From assembly GCF_004010195.1 (NCBI RefSeq), contig NC_057719.1:53023857-53068408 (forward strand): DNA of 44,552 bases, given 5' to 3'. Numbering within the stretch: position 1 is the stretch's first letter; every line of letters begins with the position of its first letter. Shown piece by piece: positions 13,501-25,280 of this stretch. This DNA is from Chiloscyllium plagiosum. Its lineage: Eukaryota. The translations under genes and the position numbers were made by a program. Under the pieces are notes generated by a model. The model saw only the letters and a program-made list of their open reading frames with translations. It did no database searches and was not told the origin of the DNA.

Positions 13501-15449
13501 CACTTTTCCTTTAACTTAAGGCTCTTGGCTCTATTCTGTCTGAAAGTATCTATCTCAGTCCTCTGAAAAGATACTTAAAGTATATATCACAAAATCCTGC
13601 TTGCTTTTTGAGTTGAAAAAAAAAACAACCCCTGAAGCTTTTTAACTACTTAGCAGTTTCCAAATTCCATTTTCAGTTTATAGCCCAAAAGGAAACAAAA
13701 AGGTCCCATATAGGACCCTTAACTGCAGGTAGTTTGGTTAATCAATTAGAGCTGAAAGTAAATCTCAGTTTAAATATTGTCTTAAAGAACAGTAGTACAA
13801 GTGGAAAAAAAATGCTGTGGAGTGAGGAATCTCAGAAGTGACTTAATTTTTTTATATGGCAAATTATGGCAAAATATCAATTATTTTATCATCAGGTTTT
13901 CAAATATTTGTTTATTACAGCTACAAGCATCAGTCTCAACTCAATGCACCATTCCATTTAGGTACCAAGATCTCTGGTACAGGGAAGCTCAGAATTGGCC
14001 AAGTATGTAAGTAGAGTCTGTGGGATGAGGATATTAGAAGCAAGAGTAATTTGAAGTGTGGTGTGGGAAGAGTCAGATTCTTAGCAATTTTTAATCCAAT
14101 GTTATGCTCCACTCAACATGAGAATGAAAAGTTGCAAATTAACTTTCCAGGAGTAATCTCTAGTGGTCCGTTTGATTGGGCTGTCATACAATCACTGGTA
14201 AGGAAGATTAAGCTAAGAGTTCAGGAGAGTGGATAAACAAGGGGATGGAGAATGGGATGAGTGAATGGCAGGGGAAACAGTGCACAGGGAAAAGATGCAG
14301 GGAAGACAACAGGCATAGAGAATGCAGAGGAAAAAGAAAAAAAGTAGCCAGAGGTATTACAATTAATAGAAATGATGATGGAGATACTGAGCAGGGAACA
14401 GAGTAAAGCTAAACTAAAAATGGAATTGAGAAAAATGAATCAGAAGAAATAAGTCATTTGTGAATTTAAAACAGCCTTCCATATTAAAGTACTAAATAAA
14501 TAAAATTAATTTGATAGTAGGTGGGGACAAATGAATGAATTAAAGTGGAAAGCAAGTTTTTAAAACATACCAAATAGAAATCTGTGGTTAATACATTGAA
14601 AAAGTTTTTACACATCAGCAACATTAATCAAATGAGGACTGGGATTCAGTCAACATATTCGATTAAAGACTGGAACTTCACGAGGCAAAATTAATTTTAA
14701 AAGACCAGTCTTTGTGAGAACATCAGTTATGTAAAGATTGAAACTATTCAAGTGGAAATTAATTAAAAGTAAGATCATGGCTGTGTGAAGCTAATCAGCA
14801 GAGATAGAAAGATGCAGCACTGACAACTCATCTTTGCTGTTGGTTACTATTTCAAGTAATGCTTGTTGTCTCTCAGACTGCGTATAAAGGCAATTCGAGC
14901 AAAGGCAGAGTTTACATGACTCTGGCAAGCTAGCCTGTACTTTAAAAGTACAATTGCATTTCTTCAATAATATCTCTTTCAATAAAACAAAAAAAACCAA
15001 TGTATTATGATTTACGGTTATAATTTACACAAGTTACCCAATATACATGGTCACAAAGGAATGATCATTCATGATCAAAGTGATAACTCTGGTAGTCATC
15101 ACATATACATAGTCTTTAAATCATGCAGGTCTCTAATGACATGCACTTGCATTTGTTTTTGGATATTTGTTTGGTACTTGCTGATTCCAAAAATATTATT
15201 CCATCTTTAAGGTTGTCTTCCCATGGCTAGTGTTGTTGCCTTGGGAACTGCTCTTGCTGATCCATTTCTGTTGCTGGGGTTCAGTGGACATCTGAGACTG
15301 ATGGTCTTTATGCACGTAGGGAATGTGAGATCTTCCTGATCCTGTAAAGAAGGCATAGCAGCTCTAGTTTTAATTGATGTCTGCAATTGTGGTAATCTTC
15401 CTGGTCATTTGTGTTCACTGCATAAACTTGAACTGATAATTATACACCT

Positions 15450-15545
15450 GTTCTGAGGAAGGGTCACTCGGCCCAAAACACTAATCTGTTTTCTCTCCAC
15501 AGATGCTGCCAGACCGGCTCAGCTTTTCCAGTAATTTCTGATTTA
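15450..15545 (+). mobile_element. PLE-derived terminal fragment with decayed hammerhead
   Basis: ctgagga agggtcactcggccc aaaacac followed by cagatgctgccagacc...ttttccag. Confidence 0.6.
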
Positions 15546-16264
15546 GTTTGTGACAGTTACACTATTCATATCACAAGTTTTCCTCTGGACTGACTTTTGT
15601 TGAGATAATTGAACACTTGCACACTGACTGACGGTCCAAATGCTCAGCTCTGACAATGAGTTTTGAGTTTTATAAATGTGAAATGTTGCTTTCCATAATT
15701 TCACTTTGAGTTTATCACTCACAACTCTTACTACTTCTGGTTTTGGGTATTTATCATTATTGGAAGTTTGGGTAGGGGGTGTCATTTGGCTTCCAAGTGA
15801 CTATTTTCTATACCTTAAGTAAGCATATTTCTGACCTCAAGAATTACCTTGTTCAACTTTGCATTGGTGTTACTCAATTTTTTTTATGAACCCTTTGCTG
15901 ATTTTCCCTGCTGTGTCAGCCTTTTCATTAAAACTGGGAGAAGTTTGAAGAATATTTATAGTGTTGATTTTCCCAACTCTTTATGAAACATCTCAATTGT
16001 TCATTGATGAATTATGGACCATTGCTGCTCATCACGTCAACTGTAATGCCATAACAATAGAAGGGCACTTTTAGGAATGCTACAAAATCACTGGCAGTCA
16101 CTAATGTTAGCTAACTACTCCCAATAGTAGTTGACTGTGGCAAGATAATCTGTTTTTGAGCATGTGAAAAGGTATACTCCAACTTTCATCCATAGTCTAC
16201 CTGGGATGCCATGTATCATAGTGTAACATGTTCAGCTATTCACAACTCATCATGGCATTCCATG

Positions 16265-17040
16265 TCAAACTGCAGCAAGATCTGGAGAATAACCAGACTT
16301 GGGGTGAAGAATGATAAGAATGACACAAGTGCCAGGCAATGATTCAAGGAGCAAATTCAATCATCATCTCTTGGCATTCAATGGCATAAGGGAGAATTAC
16401 CAATGGCCAAAAGTTAACTGGACTAGCCATATAAATACTGCGGCTACAAGAGTAGTTCAGAATCTAGGAATCCTGCAGTGAGTAACTCTTTTCCTGACTC
16501 CCTAAAATCTACAAGGCACAAGTCAGAAGCATGATGCAATATTCCAGACTTACCTGAATGAGGTCAGATCCAAAAACACTTGAGAACATTGACACCATTT
16601 AGGACAAGGAGTCTGCTTTTGCATCACATCCACAACATCCACTGCCTCCACCACCAACACCCAATAGCAGCAGTGTGTACAATCTACAAGATGCACTGCA
16701 GAGCCTTGCCCAAGATCCTTCAACAATACCTTCTAAATTCATGACCACAACCACCTAGAAGGACAAGTGGAGTAGATACATGAGCTCACCACCGCCTGCA
16801 AGTACCCTTCCAAGCTGCACACCAGCCTACTTAGAAATATTTCACCATTCCTTCAATGTCACGAGGTCACAATCCAGGAACTCTCTCCCTAACTGCACTG
16901 TGGATCCATCTACACTAAATGGACCCCAATGGTTCAGGAAGGCAGCTCACTACCACTTTCTCAAAGGAAATTTGGCATAGGCAGTAAACATTGGTCCAGC
17001 CAGAGATGTCTACATTGTATGAAGGACTTTTAAAAAAAAC
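16265..17040 (+). mobile_element. L2/CR1-clade LINE 3' part
   Basis: ctgcagcaagatctg (LQQDL), tacaaggcacaagtcagaagcatgatg (YKAQVRSMM), and a 3' tail ending in an A-run. Confidence 0.7.
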
Positions 17041-17519
17041 GTTTTTAGCTTGTTTAGCATTTATCACAAGCACTGCCCAATATAATGTGGTCCTTGATTT
17101 TATTACTCAGGTTTAACCAGTAGAGTTCCTGTCTTGCCTTCATCAGGCAAGACTCAATTCCTGGATGATTTACATGGTCACCTTTAAGCATGTCTTTTTT
17201 AAATCTCTTCTATCTGGAGATAAAAACTGTATTTCCTCTGCACAAGATGTCACCCTTGAGCTACCACTTCATTAGAGTATGCCTAACATTTTGTTATAGA
17301 AACAGGTACATCTTTGATGCTTTCACACTATCCTTTCATTAACATTTCCTGCAACACTTGGAATACTGTATTAAGTTGCATTGATTTGTTTGATTTAAAC
17401 AAAATGTGTGTCATTCAAATTCAATGTCTCTGTTGATTTGATCACTTCCAAAACATGTTTTGCTGTTGTTTCTCATTGAATATGAAGAACTTCACACACT
17501 GTCTTAGTGTCTTCAGCAG

Positions 17520-17768
17520 TCATAGAGTTATACAGTCATACGGCACAAGAACAGACCCTTCGGTCCAATTCATCTGAGACAATCAGATATCCTAAATTGA
17601 TCCAGTCCCATTTGCCAGCATGTGGTGCATATCCCTCTAAACCCTTCCTATTCATGTACCCATCCAGGTGACTTTTAAATGTTGCAAAGGTACCTGCCTC
17701 TAATATTTCCTCTGGCAACTCATTCCATACATGCACCACCCTCTGCGTGAAAAAGCTGCCCCTCATAG
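17520..17768 (-). mobile_element. CR1 (HER1-like) 3' end inserted in Gypsy pol
   Basis: FFTQRVVHVWNELPEE...FKSHLDGYM plus tail, fused just after ADMLSRAAFP. Confidence 0.88.
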
Positions 17769-18074
17769 GAAATGCTGCTCTTGACAGCATGTCAGCAGTG
17801 TACATCATTTTGTTTATTAGAATGTCACGTTCAAGATAATATCTGTGCAAATGTCTTAACATTCTTTGTGGATGTTTTGAAGCAAAAAGAAGCAGTTTCA
17901 GGAAACAGTCTTGAAGTGATTTATGGTCAGACCACATTGTTCCTTCATCTCTTCCAAAACAGATGGATTAAAATGCTCATAAGTAAAAAGAATAGCCTGG
18001 CACTCTTTCTCAGAGTGTGGCATGATTCAGTTTGTGTTAATGCCATTGATGTAATTTGCTGCATAAATTGATAG

Positions 18075-18207
18075 AGCTTGAAAGATTATCAAGTAGGAAT
18101 GTGAGTTTGAGGTTACAATCAGATCACCCAGGATCTTGTTGAAATACAAAGCAGGCTGGAGGGGCTGTGTGGTGTGTTCCTGCTCCTTATTTGCATGCTC
18201 ATTTGTT
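18075..18207 (+). mobile_element. CR1 3' tail inserted in Gypsy RNase H region
   Basis: atcagatcacccaggatcttgttgaa...gcaggctggaggggctg...cctgctcct, similar to the tail at about 43895-43965. Confidence 0.65.
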
Positions 18208-18849
18208 CACATGTCAGTGCTGCCCAAAGTCCTGTCTCACTGGCATCACACTGCAAGATTATTTCATCATTGACATCAAAGTAACTCAGCACTGGTGTTA
18301 TCATCACTAATCATTTGACTTTAGTGAAAGTTCCTTTTGTTTTATACCCCAATGTGACTGCATGTTCTGAATAATGAACTTGTGCTGTGGTTCACATTGT
18401 GATGACAAATTAGGCTTGAACTTTGCTAAATAGTTCACAAATTTGCTAAATTTTTACCCTTCTTTCATATCTGCCAGTCCCTTCTTCTCTGCTAGGTTAT
18501 TCACTTTGTAAGGATCTGGATGAAGTCCCTTCTCTATCAGAACAAGATCTATGTTCTTGACTTTAGCTATGATCATTCGCATTTTTTCCTATCCAGTTTC
18601 AAATTCACCTGCTGGGCTAGCAGTCATACCAGATCCCAATTGTGATCTCTGATAGCTCCTTCTATTCTGTCTCCAGATCTGTAGTATCACCTGTGGACTT
18701 GATGAAATGTGTTTAAATTGATAAATCAGAATAATCATATGACATCTTGTCATCGGCCATCTTTATAGGCTTGTTTCTTGCTTCTTTCCAGCTAAATAGG
18801 TGATACATGTTTTGTGACAGCTAGAATGTTGACTGCAGAATGTGGAATG

Positions 18850-18928
18850 AGGATGACCTACTGGTCTACAGATCTGGAGACAGAATGGAAAAAGCCATCA
18901 GAGATCACAATTGGGATCTGGTATGACT
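18850..18928 (+). repeat. Inverted copy of Gypsy RT segment including the DDLLVY motif
   Basis: 18866-18928 is the reverse complement of 18622-18684 with a few mismatches. It reads DDLLVYRSGDRMEKAIRDHNWDLV. Confidence 0.8.
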
Positions 18929-19102
18929 TGTTTACTCAGTTATTCAGCTTCTTAGAGAACAGCTTTCCACATGCTTGACATGCTTCCTTTTTCTTCATGT
19001 AATGTACATAATATTTACTTTCATGTCTTCTTGCCTTGGTCTTTCTGTTGTTTTTTTCTCCTAAAATATAAATTCATTTTTCCAATCCTATTGGTGTCAT
19101 TT

Positions 19103-19524
19103 AGTCTGGAATGGGAACGGTATAGTCAGGTGATCAGCTTGGGCTGGGAACAATATAGTCAGGTGGTCAGTCTGGGCTGGGAACAGGATAGTCAGGTGAT
19201 CAGTCTGGGCTGGGAACGGTATAGTCAGGTAGTCAGTCTGGGCTGGGTACAGTATAGTCAGGCAGTCAGTCTGGGCTGGGAACAGGATAGTCAGGTAGTC
19301 AGACTGGGCTGGGTACAGATTAGTCAAGAGATCAGTCTGGGCTGGGAACAGGATAGTCAGGTGGTCAGTCTGGGCTGGAAACGGTTGAGTCAGGTGGTCA
19401 GTCTGGGCTCGGAACAGTGTAATCAGGTGGTCAGTCTGGGCTGGGAATGGTTGGGTCAGGTGGTCAGTGTGGGCTGGGAACAGGATAGTCATGTGATCAG
19501 TCTGGGCTGGGAACAATATAGTCA
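19103..19524. repeat. 33-bp minisatellite, about 13 copies
   Basis: Consensus approximately agtctgggctgggaacaggatagtcaggtggtc. It explains the 11-aa periodicity of ORFs 18971-19627 and 19097-19678. Confidence 0.95.
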
Positions 19525-19540
19525 AGAGATGAAGGCCTTT

Positions 19541-19669
19541 CTTGATGAAGAGCTTTTGCCCGAAACATCGATTTTCCTGTTCCTTGGATGCTGCCTGACC
19601 TACTGTGCTTTTCCAGCACCACTTTAACCTAGACTCTGATCTCCAGCACCTGCAGTCCTCACTTTTGCC
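19541..19669 (+). mobile_element. PLE terminus with decayed hammerhead and tail
   Basis: ttgatgaagagcttttgcccgaaacatc ... ctgcagtcctcacttttgcc. Confidence 0.8.
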
Positions 19670-19801
19670 ATAATGCAATGCCTGTCTACTCTCACATAAA
19701 TGAACCCTAGCTGACGATTTACTACTTCAGAACATCCATACATGTCAATAGCTTTTTGTAAAAAGTAGGTGTGCTCTCATGAATGGAACCCTTATGCTTA
19801 A

Positions 19802-20030
19802 GGAGAAAGTGAGGTCTGCAGACGCTGGAGATCAAAGCTGAAACTTTATTGCTGGAACAGCACAGCAGGTCAGACAGCATCTAGGGAAAAGGAGATTCGA
19901 CGTTTCGGGCACATGCCCTTCCTCAGGGCAAAAGTGAGGATTCCTGAGGAAGGGCATGTGCCCGAAACGTCGAATCTCCTTTTCCCTAGATGCTGTCTGA
20001 CCTGCTGTGCTGTTCCAGCAATAAAGTTTC
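19802..20030. mobile_element. Non-autonomous palindromic PLE insertion with 14-bp TSD
   Basis: TSD acccttatgcttaa at 19788-19801 and 20031-20044. Inverted arms 19839-19927 and 19943-20031; tail only on the left arm. Confidence 0.92.
19939..19976 (+). ncRNA. Minimal type I hammerhead ribozyme (predicted)
   Basis: GATTC CTGAGGA A GGGC ATGT GCCC GAAA C GTC GAATC: 5-bp helix I, 4-bp helix II, palindromic ACGT helix III, GUC cleavage triplet. Confidence 0.8.
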
Positions 20031-20084
20031 ACCCTTATGCTTAACACAATCCTATTTCTGCAGTGATCATCTTTTGCTGTCCAA

Positions 20085-20480
20085 TCACATAAATGAACCC
20101 TAGCTGACGATTTACTACTTCAGAACATCCATACATGTCAATAGCTTTTTGTAAAAAGTAGGTGTGCTCTCATGAATGGAACCCTTATGCTTAACACAAT
20201 CCTATCTCTGCAGAGATCATCTTTTGCTGTCCAAACTCATAGGAATCAGCTAAATGTCTCAGAGTCATCATGTATTGATAAATAGTCTCCTTGTCTTGAG
20301 TTTTTTAATATGCATTTGGAGAAGGGGAGAGTGATGTAGCAGGATGACTTTGAAAATCTCTCCTGTTTGAATTTTTTTGCTCCCCAATGAAATCCAGTCT
20401 GCAATTCAATTTGTACCATTCATTCTTCAGCATTGATATCAGGGTTACAATTCCTCTGTGATCAGGTTTTATGTTAATTC
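20085..20480 (-). mobile_element. Gypsy gag relic
   Basis: Minus strand reads ETIYQYMMTLRHLADSYEFG and LQKAIDMYGCSE, resembling Gypsy gag. It lies upstream of the pol relic on the same strand. Confidence 0.65.
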
Positions 20481-20539
20481 TGTTGCTACTTCATTGTTTT
20501 ATGACTGAGAATGCCCCAGTGCACGCTGGTCTGCTACCC

Positions 20540-20638
20540 TGATGCATTGTGTATGGTATGATCTGCCCATACAGCATGCTAAACAACACTTTTCACTGTA
20601 TCTTGGTACACATGACAGTAGTAAATCAAATCAAATCA
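20540..20638 (+). mobile_element. Rex1/Babar- or L2-like LINE 3' tail
   Basis: ttttcactgtatcttggtacacatgaca followed by aaatc repeats. Confidence 0.55.
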
Positions 20639-20654
20639 TGACAATCTCCAACGT

Positions 20655-20898
20655 AAGACCTTCCAAACTGGAGAAGAAGCAATCTGAAGATTCCAAGCAT
20701 TTCAAGTGTCTTCAACTGACCAAGAAGGAGGCTGAGTGCAAACAGAGGAAAGAGCATGCGCCCAACCAACTACTTCAGCAAACATCTCTCATCTGACCTG
20801 AGGCAAGGTTTGCTGAACCAGTATTGAACTGTTTGCTCACCACAGGACCCATAGGACCAGAGAAAGATATCCTTAATCTCAAGGGACTCCTTAAGAAG
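20655..20898 (+). mobile_element. RTE-clade LINE 3' end
   Basis: NWRRS, EAECKQRKE, and a decayed C2H2-like end (LFAHHRTH), then a gggactccttaagaag tail. Confidence 0.7.
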
Positions 20899-21356
20899 TA
20901 GAATTGTGTTGGTTTATATGCAGGCGGAGCCCATTATTGATTTTTCAATTACGCACAAGAGATAAACATTGAACCTATTGTTGGATGAGGTGGTGTTGGC
21001 TTAATTGGGTGTAATCTTTCAGTCAGTAAATGTTTGTAAATCCAGGTAAACACTGGCTCTAGTGCTAACATTCAACATTTGACTTTCTGTGTTAAAAAAA
21101 CAAAGTGCTTTACAATTTTAGCATTACCTCACTCCTTTTGTGTTTGATCCCTCTAAAAATGAATGACAGTAGCACAATTTAGAACCTTATTGATCTTTAC
21201 TGCTGCTTCTAGAGATTTAATTATCTCTATTCCCATACGACTTTGTTTAACTACTGCATTTTTTGACCTTCCAAGGAATGTCTCCTATCAAAATAAATGA
21301 CTTTACAATTCTGCATAACTAAGTTAATTTGCCATATAACTATTAAATTTGAGAGC

Positions 21357-23040
21357 TAGAACAAAGAACAAAAAATCTTACGGCACAGGAACAGGTACTT
21401 CGGCCCTCCAAGTCTGTGCCAATCCAGATCCTCTATCAAAACCTGCCGCTTATGTTCGAAGGATCTGTATCCCTTTGCTCCCTGCCCATTCATGTATATG
21501 TCTAGATACATCTTAAATAGTGCTATTGTTCCTGCTCCTACCACCTCCGCTGGCAATGCATTCCAGCCACCCAACACCCTCTGCATGAAGTACTCTCCGC
21601 ATTTATCTCCTAGAAACTTTTCCACTCTCACTTTGAAATCGGGACCCCTAGTAATCGAGTCTTCCACTCTGGGAAAATGTTTCTTGCCATCCACCCTGTC
21701 TACACCTCCCATGCTTTTGAAGGCATCAATCAGGTCCCCTCTCAACTTCCTTCTTTCCAATGAAAATAATCCTAATCTACTCAACCTCTCCTCATAGCTA
21801 GCACCCTCCATACCAGGCAACATCCTGGTGATCTTCCTCTGCACCCTATCCAAAGCATCCACATCCATTTGGTAATGTGACAACCAGAACTGTGTGAAGT
21901 ATTCCAAATGTGGCCGAACCAAAGTCTTATACAACTGCACGGTGACACAGTGGTTAGCACTGCTGCCTCGCAGCGTCAGAGACCTCGGTTCAATTCCCGC
22001 CTCAGGTGACTGACTGTGTGGAGTTTCCCTTTTCTGTGCAGGTTTCCTCCGGGTGCTCCAGTTTCCTCCCACAGTCCAAAATGTGCAGGTTAGGTGAGTT
22101 GGCCATGCTAAATTGCCCGTAGTGTTCGGTGAAGGGGTAAATGTCGGGGAATGGGTCTGGGTGGGTTGCACTTTGACGGGTCGGTGTGGACTTGTTGGGC
22201 CGAAGGGCCTGTTTCCACATTGTAAGTAATCTAATCTACTCTAACTCTTGCACTCAATACCCTGTATGATGAAGGAAAGCATGCCGCATGCCTTTTGACC
22301 ACTCTACTGACCTGCTCTGCCACCTTCAGGGAACAATGGACCTGAACACCCAGTTGTCTCCATACACCAATTTTCCCCAGAACTTTTCCATTTACTGTAT
22401 AGTTCACTCTTTAATTGCATCTTCCAAAACACACCTCACATTTGTCTGATTTGAACTCCATCTGCCATTTCTCTGCTCAACTCTCTAATCGATCTATATT
22501 CTGCTATATTCTCTGACAGTCCCTTTCACTATCTGCTACTCCACCAATCTTAGTGTCATTTGCAAACTTGTTAATGGGGCAACCTCCGCCTCCCTCCAAA
22601 TCATTGATATATATATCATAAACACCAGTGATCCCAGCATGGATCCCTGTGAGACACCACTGGTCACAGGTCTCCATTTTGAGAAGCTCCCTTCCACTAC
22701 TACTCTCTGTCTCCTGTTGCCCAACCAGTTCTCTATCCATTTAGCTAGAACATCCTGGACCCCGTGTGATTTCATCTTCTTCATCAGCCTACTATGGGGA
22801 ACCTTATCAAACACCTTACTAAAGTCCATGTATAAGTCAGCTACATCCCTTCCCTCATCGATCGACTTTGAAATCTCTTCAAAGAATTCTATTAGGTTTG
22901 AAAGACATGACCTTCCCTGCACAAAACCATACTGCCTATCACTGATAAGCCTATTTTCTTTCAAAAATGGGTATATATCCTATCCCTTAGTATCTTCTCT
23001 GGTAGCTTCCCTACCACTGATGTCAGGCATACAGGGCTGT
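21357..23040 (-). mobile_element. CR1 LINE ORF2 3' portion, interrupted by an HE1 SINE
   Basis: QYGFVQGRSCLSNLIEFFEE, YMDFSKVFDKVPH, KFANDTKIGG, LYKTLVRPHLEY and LERRKLRGDLI motifs. Confidence 0.93.
21937..22238 (+). mobile_element. HE1-type V-SINE inserted into CR1
   Basis: A and B boxes, V-domain with a small internal deletion, and tail gtaagtaatctaatcta. Confidence 0.92.
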
Positions 23041-24859
23041 AATTTACTTAATTGCTGCAATGTTCAAAATTTTTGGGTACACCATGCAATTTGGTTCCAC
23101 ATGTGAACTTTGATACTATACCTCTAATTTCCGAGTCCAAATGATTTAGATGGACCTCCATAGATCCTTATAGGATATCACTTCTGATCACCATTTTCTG
23201 CTGGTCAGATAAACTTCTCAGTGGTTCTGAAGCATCCCGTAACTAGTTGAGGAGGGGCGAATTGACTTATATCTTTTCAACCACCCTGATTGTCCCTCAC
23301 AAAGATTTATGGACTTTTAGTACAAAGGCTATATCTCTCCCTCATAAAAATATAGTTATTCACTATTCACTGTATCAGTAAGGAGCCAATTGCAAGGTTT
23401 CCTTGATTGGAGAGTTGAGAAATTTTGTTATCCATATCACTGAGAAGAATACTAAAGAAGCAACATCAAGCTTTTATACACACAGATGAAAAGTTAAAAT
23501 TGGTAGTGTCAGTACAAAAAAAGGAAGGAAAATAGAATTTTAAGTAATTAGCTAATCCTTGAAGTATAAACTTGTAAACCGAGACCATAGTTGATTAATT
23601 GAGTCATCAGGAGTGAATATCTTACTTGTACAGAACTGGATATTTGGTGTTACACAGATTAAATTTATGCCCCTTACAGTCTTTCTTTACCTTTTCTGGC
23701 AACATACCATCCTATGCTCTCTTATCTCTTCATTGTACATGACGTAAAACTAGTCATTTCCCACTACTGATCAGTCTTTGCAGCATTAATTAAAACATGC
23801 TCGACGGCCTTCATCTTAGCTACCCAAATCCATTTGATTGTGGAACATAAATAAGACTTAAAGATACACAGTGTTGAAATAATTCTTCTCCTTTCTTCAT
23901 TGTACTGACACAAAAAAGAATCTCAGTTCAGCCAAAGAATGCTGTGTTGTCAATAACAGAAACAAACCTCTCAATAGTGGAAGGAAAGTAGGCAAGTGAA
24001 TCTGCACCTTATATTCAAAAACTCTTATTCTCTGTTTGAAGAATCTGATCAGAACTTATCTAGTTGCGGTAAATAAATGTTCAAGGCTCACAACTTAGTA
24101 TTCCTTTAACTGTTTATTATACTGCAGATAATATGTTAATGTAAATATGCTAATTGCTTTAATTTTAAATAGTACTCATATACATTGGTACCTTTAACTC
24201 TCTAATTTCAGACACCACTCACGCTAGCAATCACTTGGAGGAGGATATTTCCAGGCTATGAATCTATTTGGTCAAAACACATTGTAATGAAAAGGGACCC
24301 AGGAACAGGAATGCGTCATTTAGACCCTTGAGCTGGTTGCATCAGTCAGTGAGATAGTGGCTAATGTGTATCATAAATCTAATTACACAGCTCAGCTCCA
24401 TACCCCATAATGAACAAAAATCTATCAATTTCAGATTTAATCAGGGTGATCAGGTCCTTCAGCAATTTTCTTCCAAGTTGCTGATATCTGTCACTAAATG
24501 CAAACTGCTTATAAAACATAGATCACACGAAAGACAATGAATTAACACAAACCTCCACTCTTTGATTGATTTGATCACCTCCAGTGTTGTGAGAGAGGGA
24601 TACATCATGATCATAAAGCTAATTGGGAAATGCACTCTTTATTTATAAACAAAGCCTAGTACGGAATAATGAGTCCTCCAAACTTTCAACATTGATTCTA
24701 AGAAGTCAGGTGATGCCTTTTGTGGTTTCATGACAGACAGAAGTAGCTGATAATGCGATTGATATCAGAACTAAATCCGTCAACTATCTATCACTATATT
24801 AAATTGACATGTGTTAATCATGACAGACATTGTAGAACAATGTGTACCTGTGAGAAGTT

Positions 24860-25104
24860 GAGGTCAGCTAGGTCAGTCGGCTGGATGGCCGGCTTGCAGT
24901 GAGGAAAGATGATAATGGGTTCCATTTTTGCACCAGCTGAAGTTACTACGAAGGAGTCTCCTCCTCAACCTCCCCCCTCACCTCAGGTTCAGCATTGTAT
25001 ACTTTCCTCCTTGTTTACCATCAGGTTAAACAACCACCATTTGTCTCTCTCTATTGAGAGAGCACTCCTATGATCCAGTAGAACTATGGCAACTTTACCT
25101 TTAT
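24860..25104 (+). mobile_element. Old tRNA-derived SINE
   Basis: Decayed A box (cagctaggtcagtcgg), B-box-like gggttccattt, and tail ctatggcaactttaccttta. Confidence 0.5.
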
Positions 25105-25127
25105 GTACTGTAACTCATTCTTGAAGT

Positions 25128-25280
25128 AAGTGCTGGAGAAATTCAGCAGGTCTGTTAGCATCAGTGAAAAGAGAAACAGAGTTGAAATTTCAAGTCCGGT
25201 TCTGAAGAAACAATATCTCTGTTTCTCATTCCATAGATGCTGCCTTACCTGCTGAGTTTCTCCAGCACTTTCTGTTTTTA
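25128..25280. mobile_element. Old inverted PLE-derived mini-element
   Basis: aagtgctggagaaattcagcagg ... cctgctgagtttctccagcactt inverted arms with a central ctgaaga. Confidence 0.65.

Larger units (their letters stand above)
17128..18690 (-). mobile_element. Gypsy LTR-retrotransposon pol relic (RT end, RNase H, integrase zinc-finger)
   Basis: Minus-strand peptides PVLSYFDVNDEIILQCDASETGLWAAL, SDHKSL, ADMLSR and DMLKGDHVNHPGIESCLMKAR occur in Gypsy order, with many stops and frameshifts. Confidence 0.85.
19692..20234 (+). repeat. 150-bp tandem duplication; copy 1 interrupted by PLE palindrome
   Basis: Copy 1 is 19692-19801 plus 20045-20084; copy 2 is 20085-20234. They are near-identical. 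Confidence 0.92.

Noticed and set aside
12890..13720. Possible solo LTR
   Set aside because: Composition is suggestive, but I could not define termini or a TSD.
14791..15000. Possible minus-strand exon
   Set aside because: No recognisable peptide and no convincing splice donor/acceptor pair.
19103..19524. CRISPR-like array
   Set aside because: The units are contiguous tandem repeats with no unique spacers, there are no cas genes, and the context is eukaryotic.
18971..19678. Long ORFs on both strands (218 aa and 193 aa) with repetitive peptides
   Set aside because: Explained by a 33-bp (3n) minisatellite running into a PLE terminus.
21356..22171. 271-aa ORF
   Set aside because: Chance fusion of an antisense HE1 SINE with the CR1 ORF2 C-terminus.
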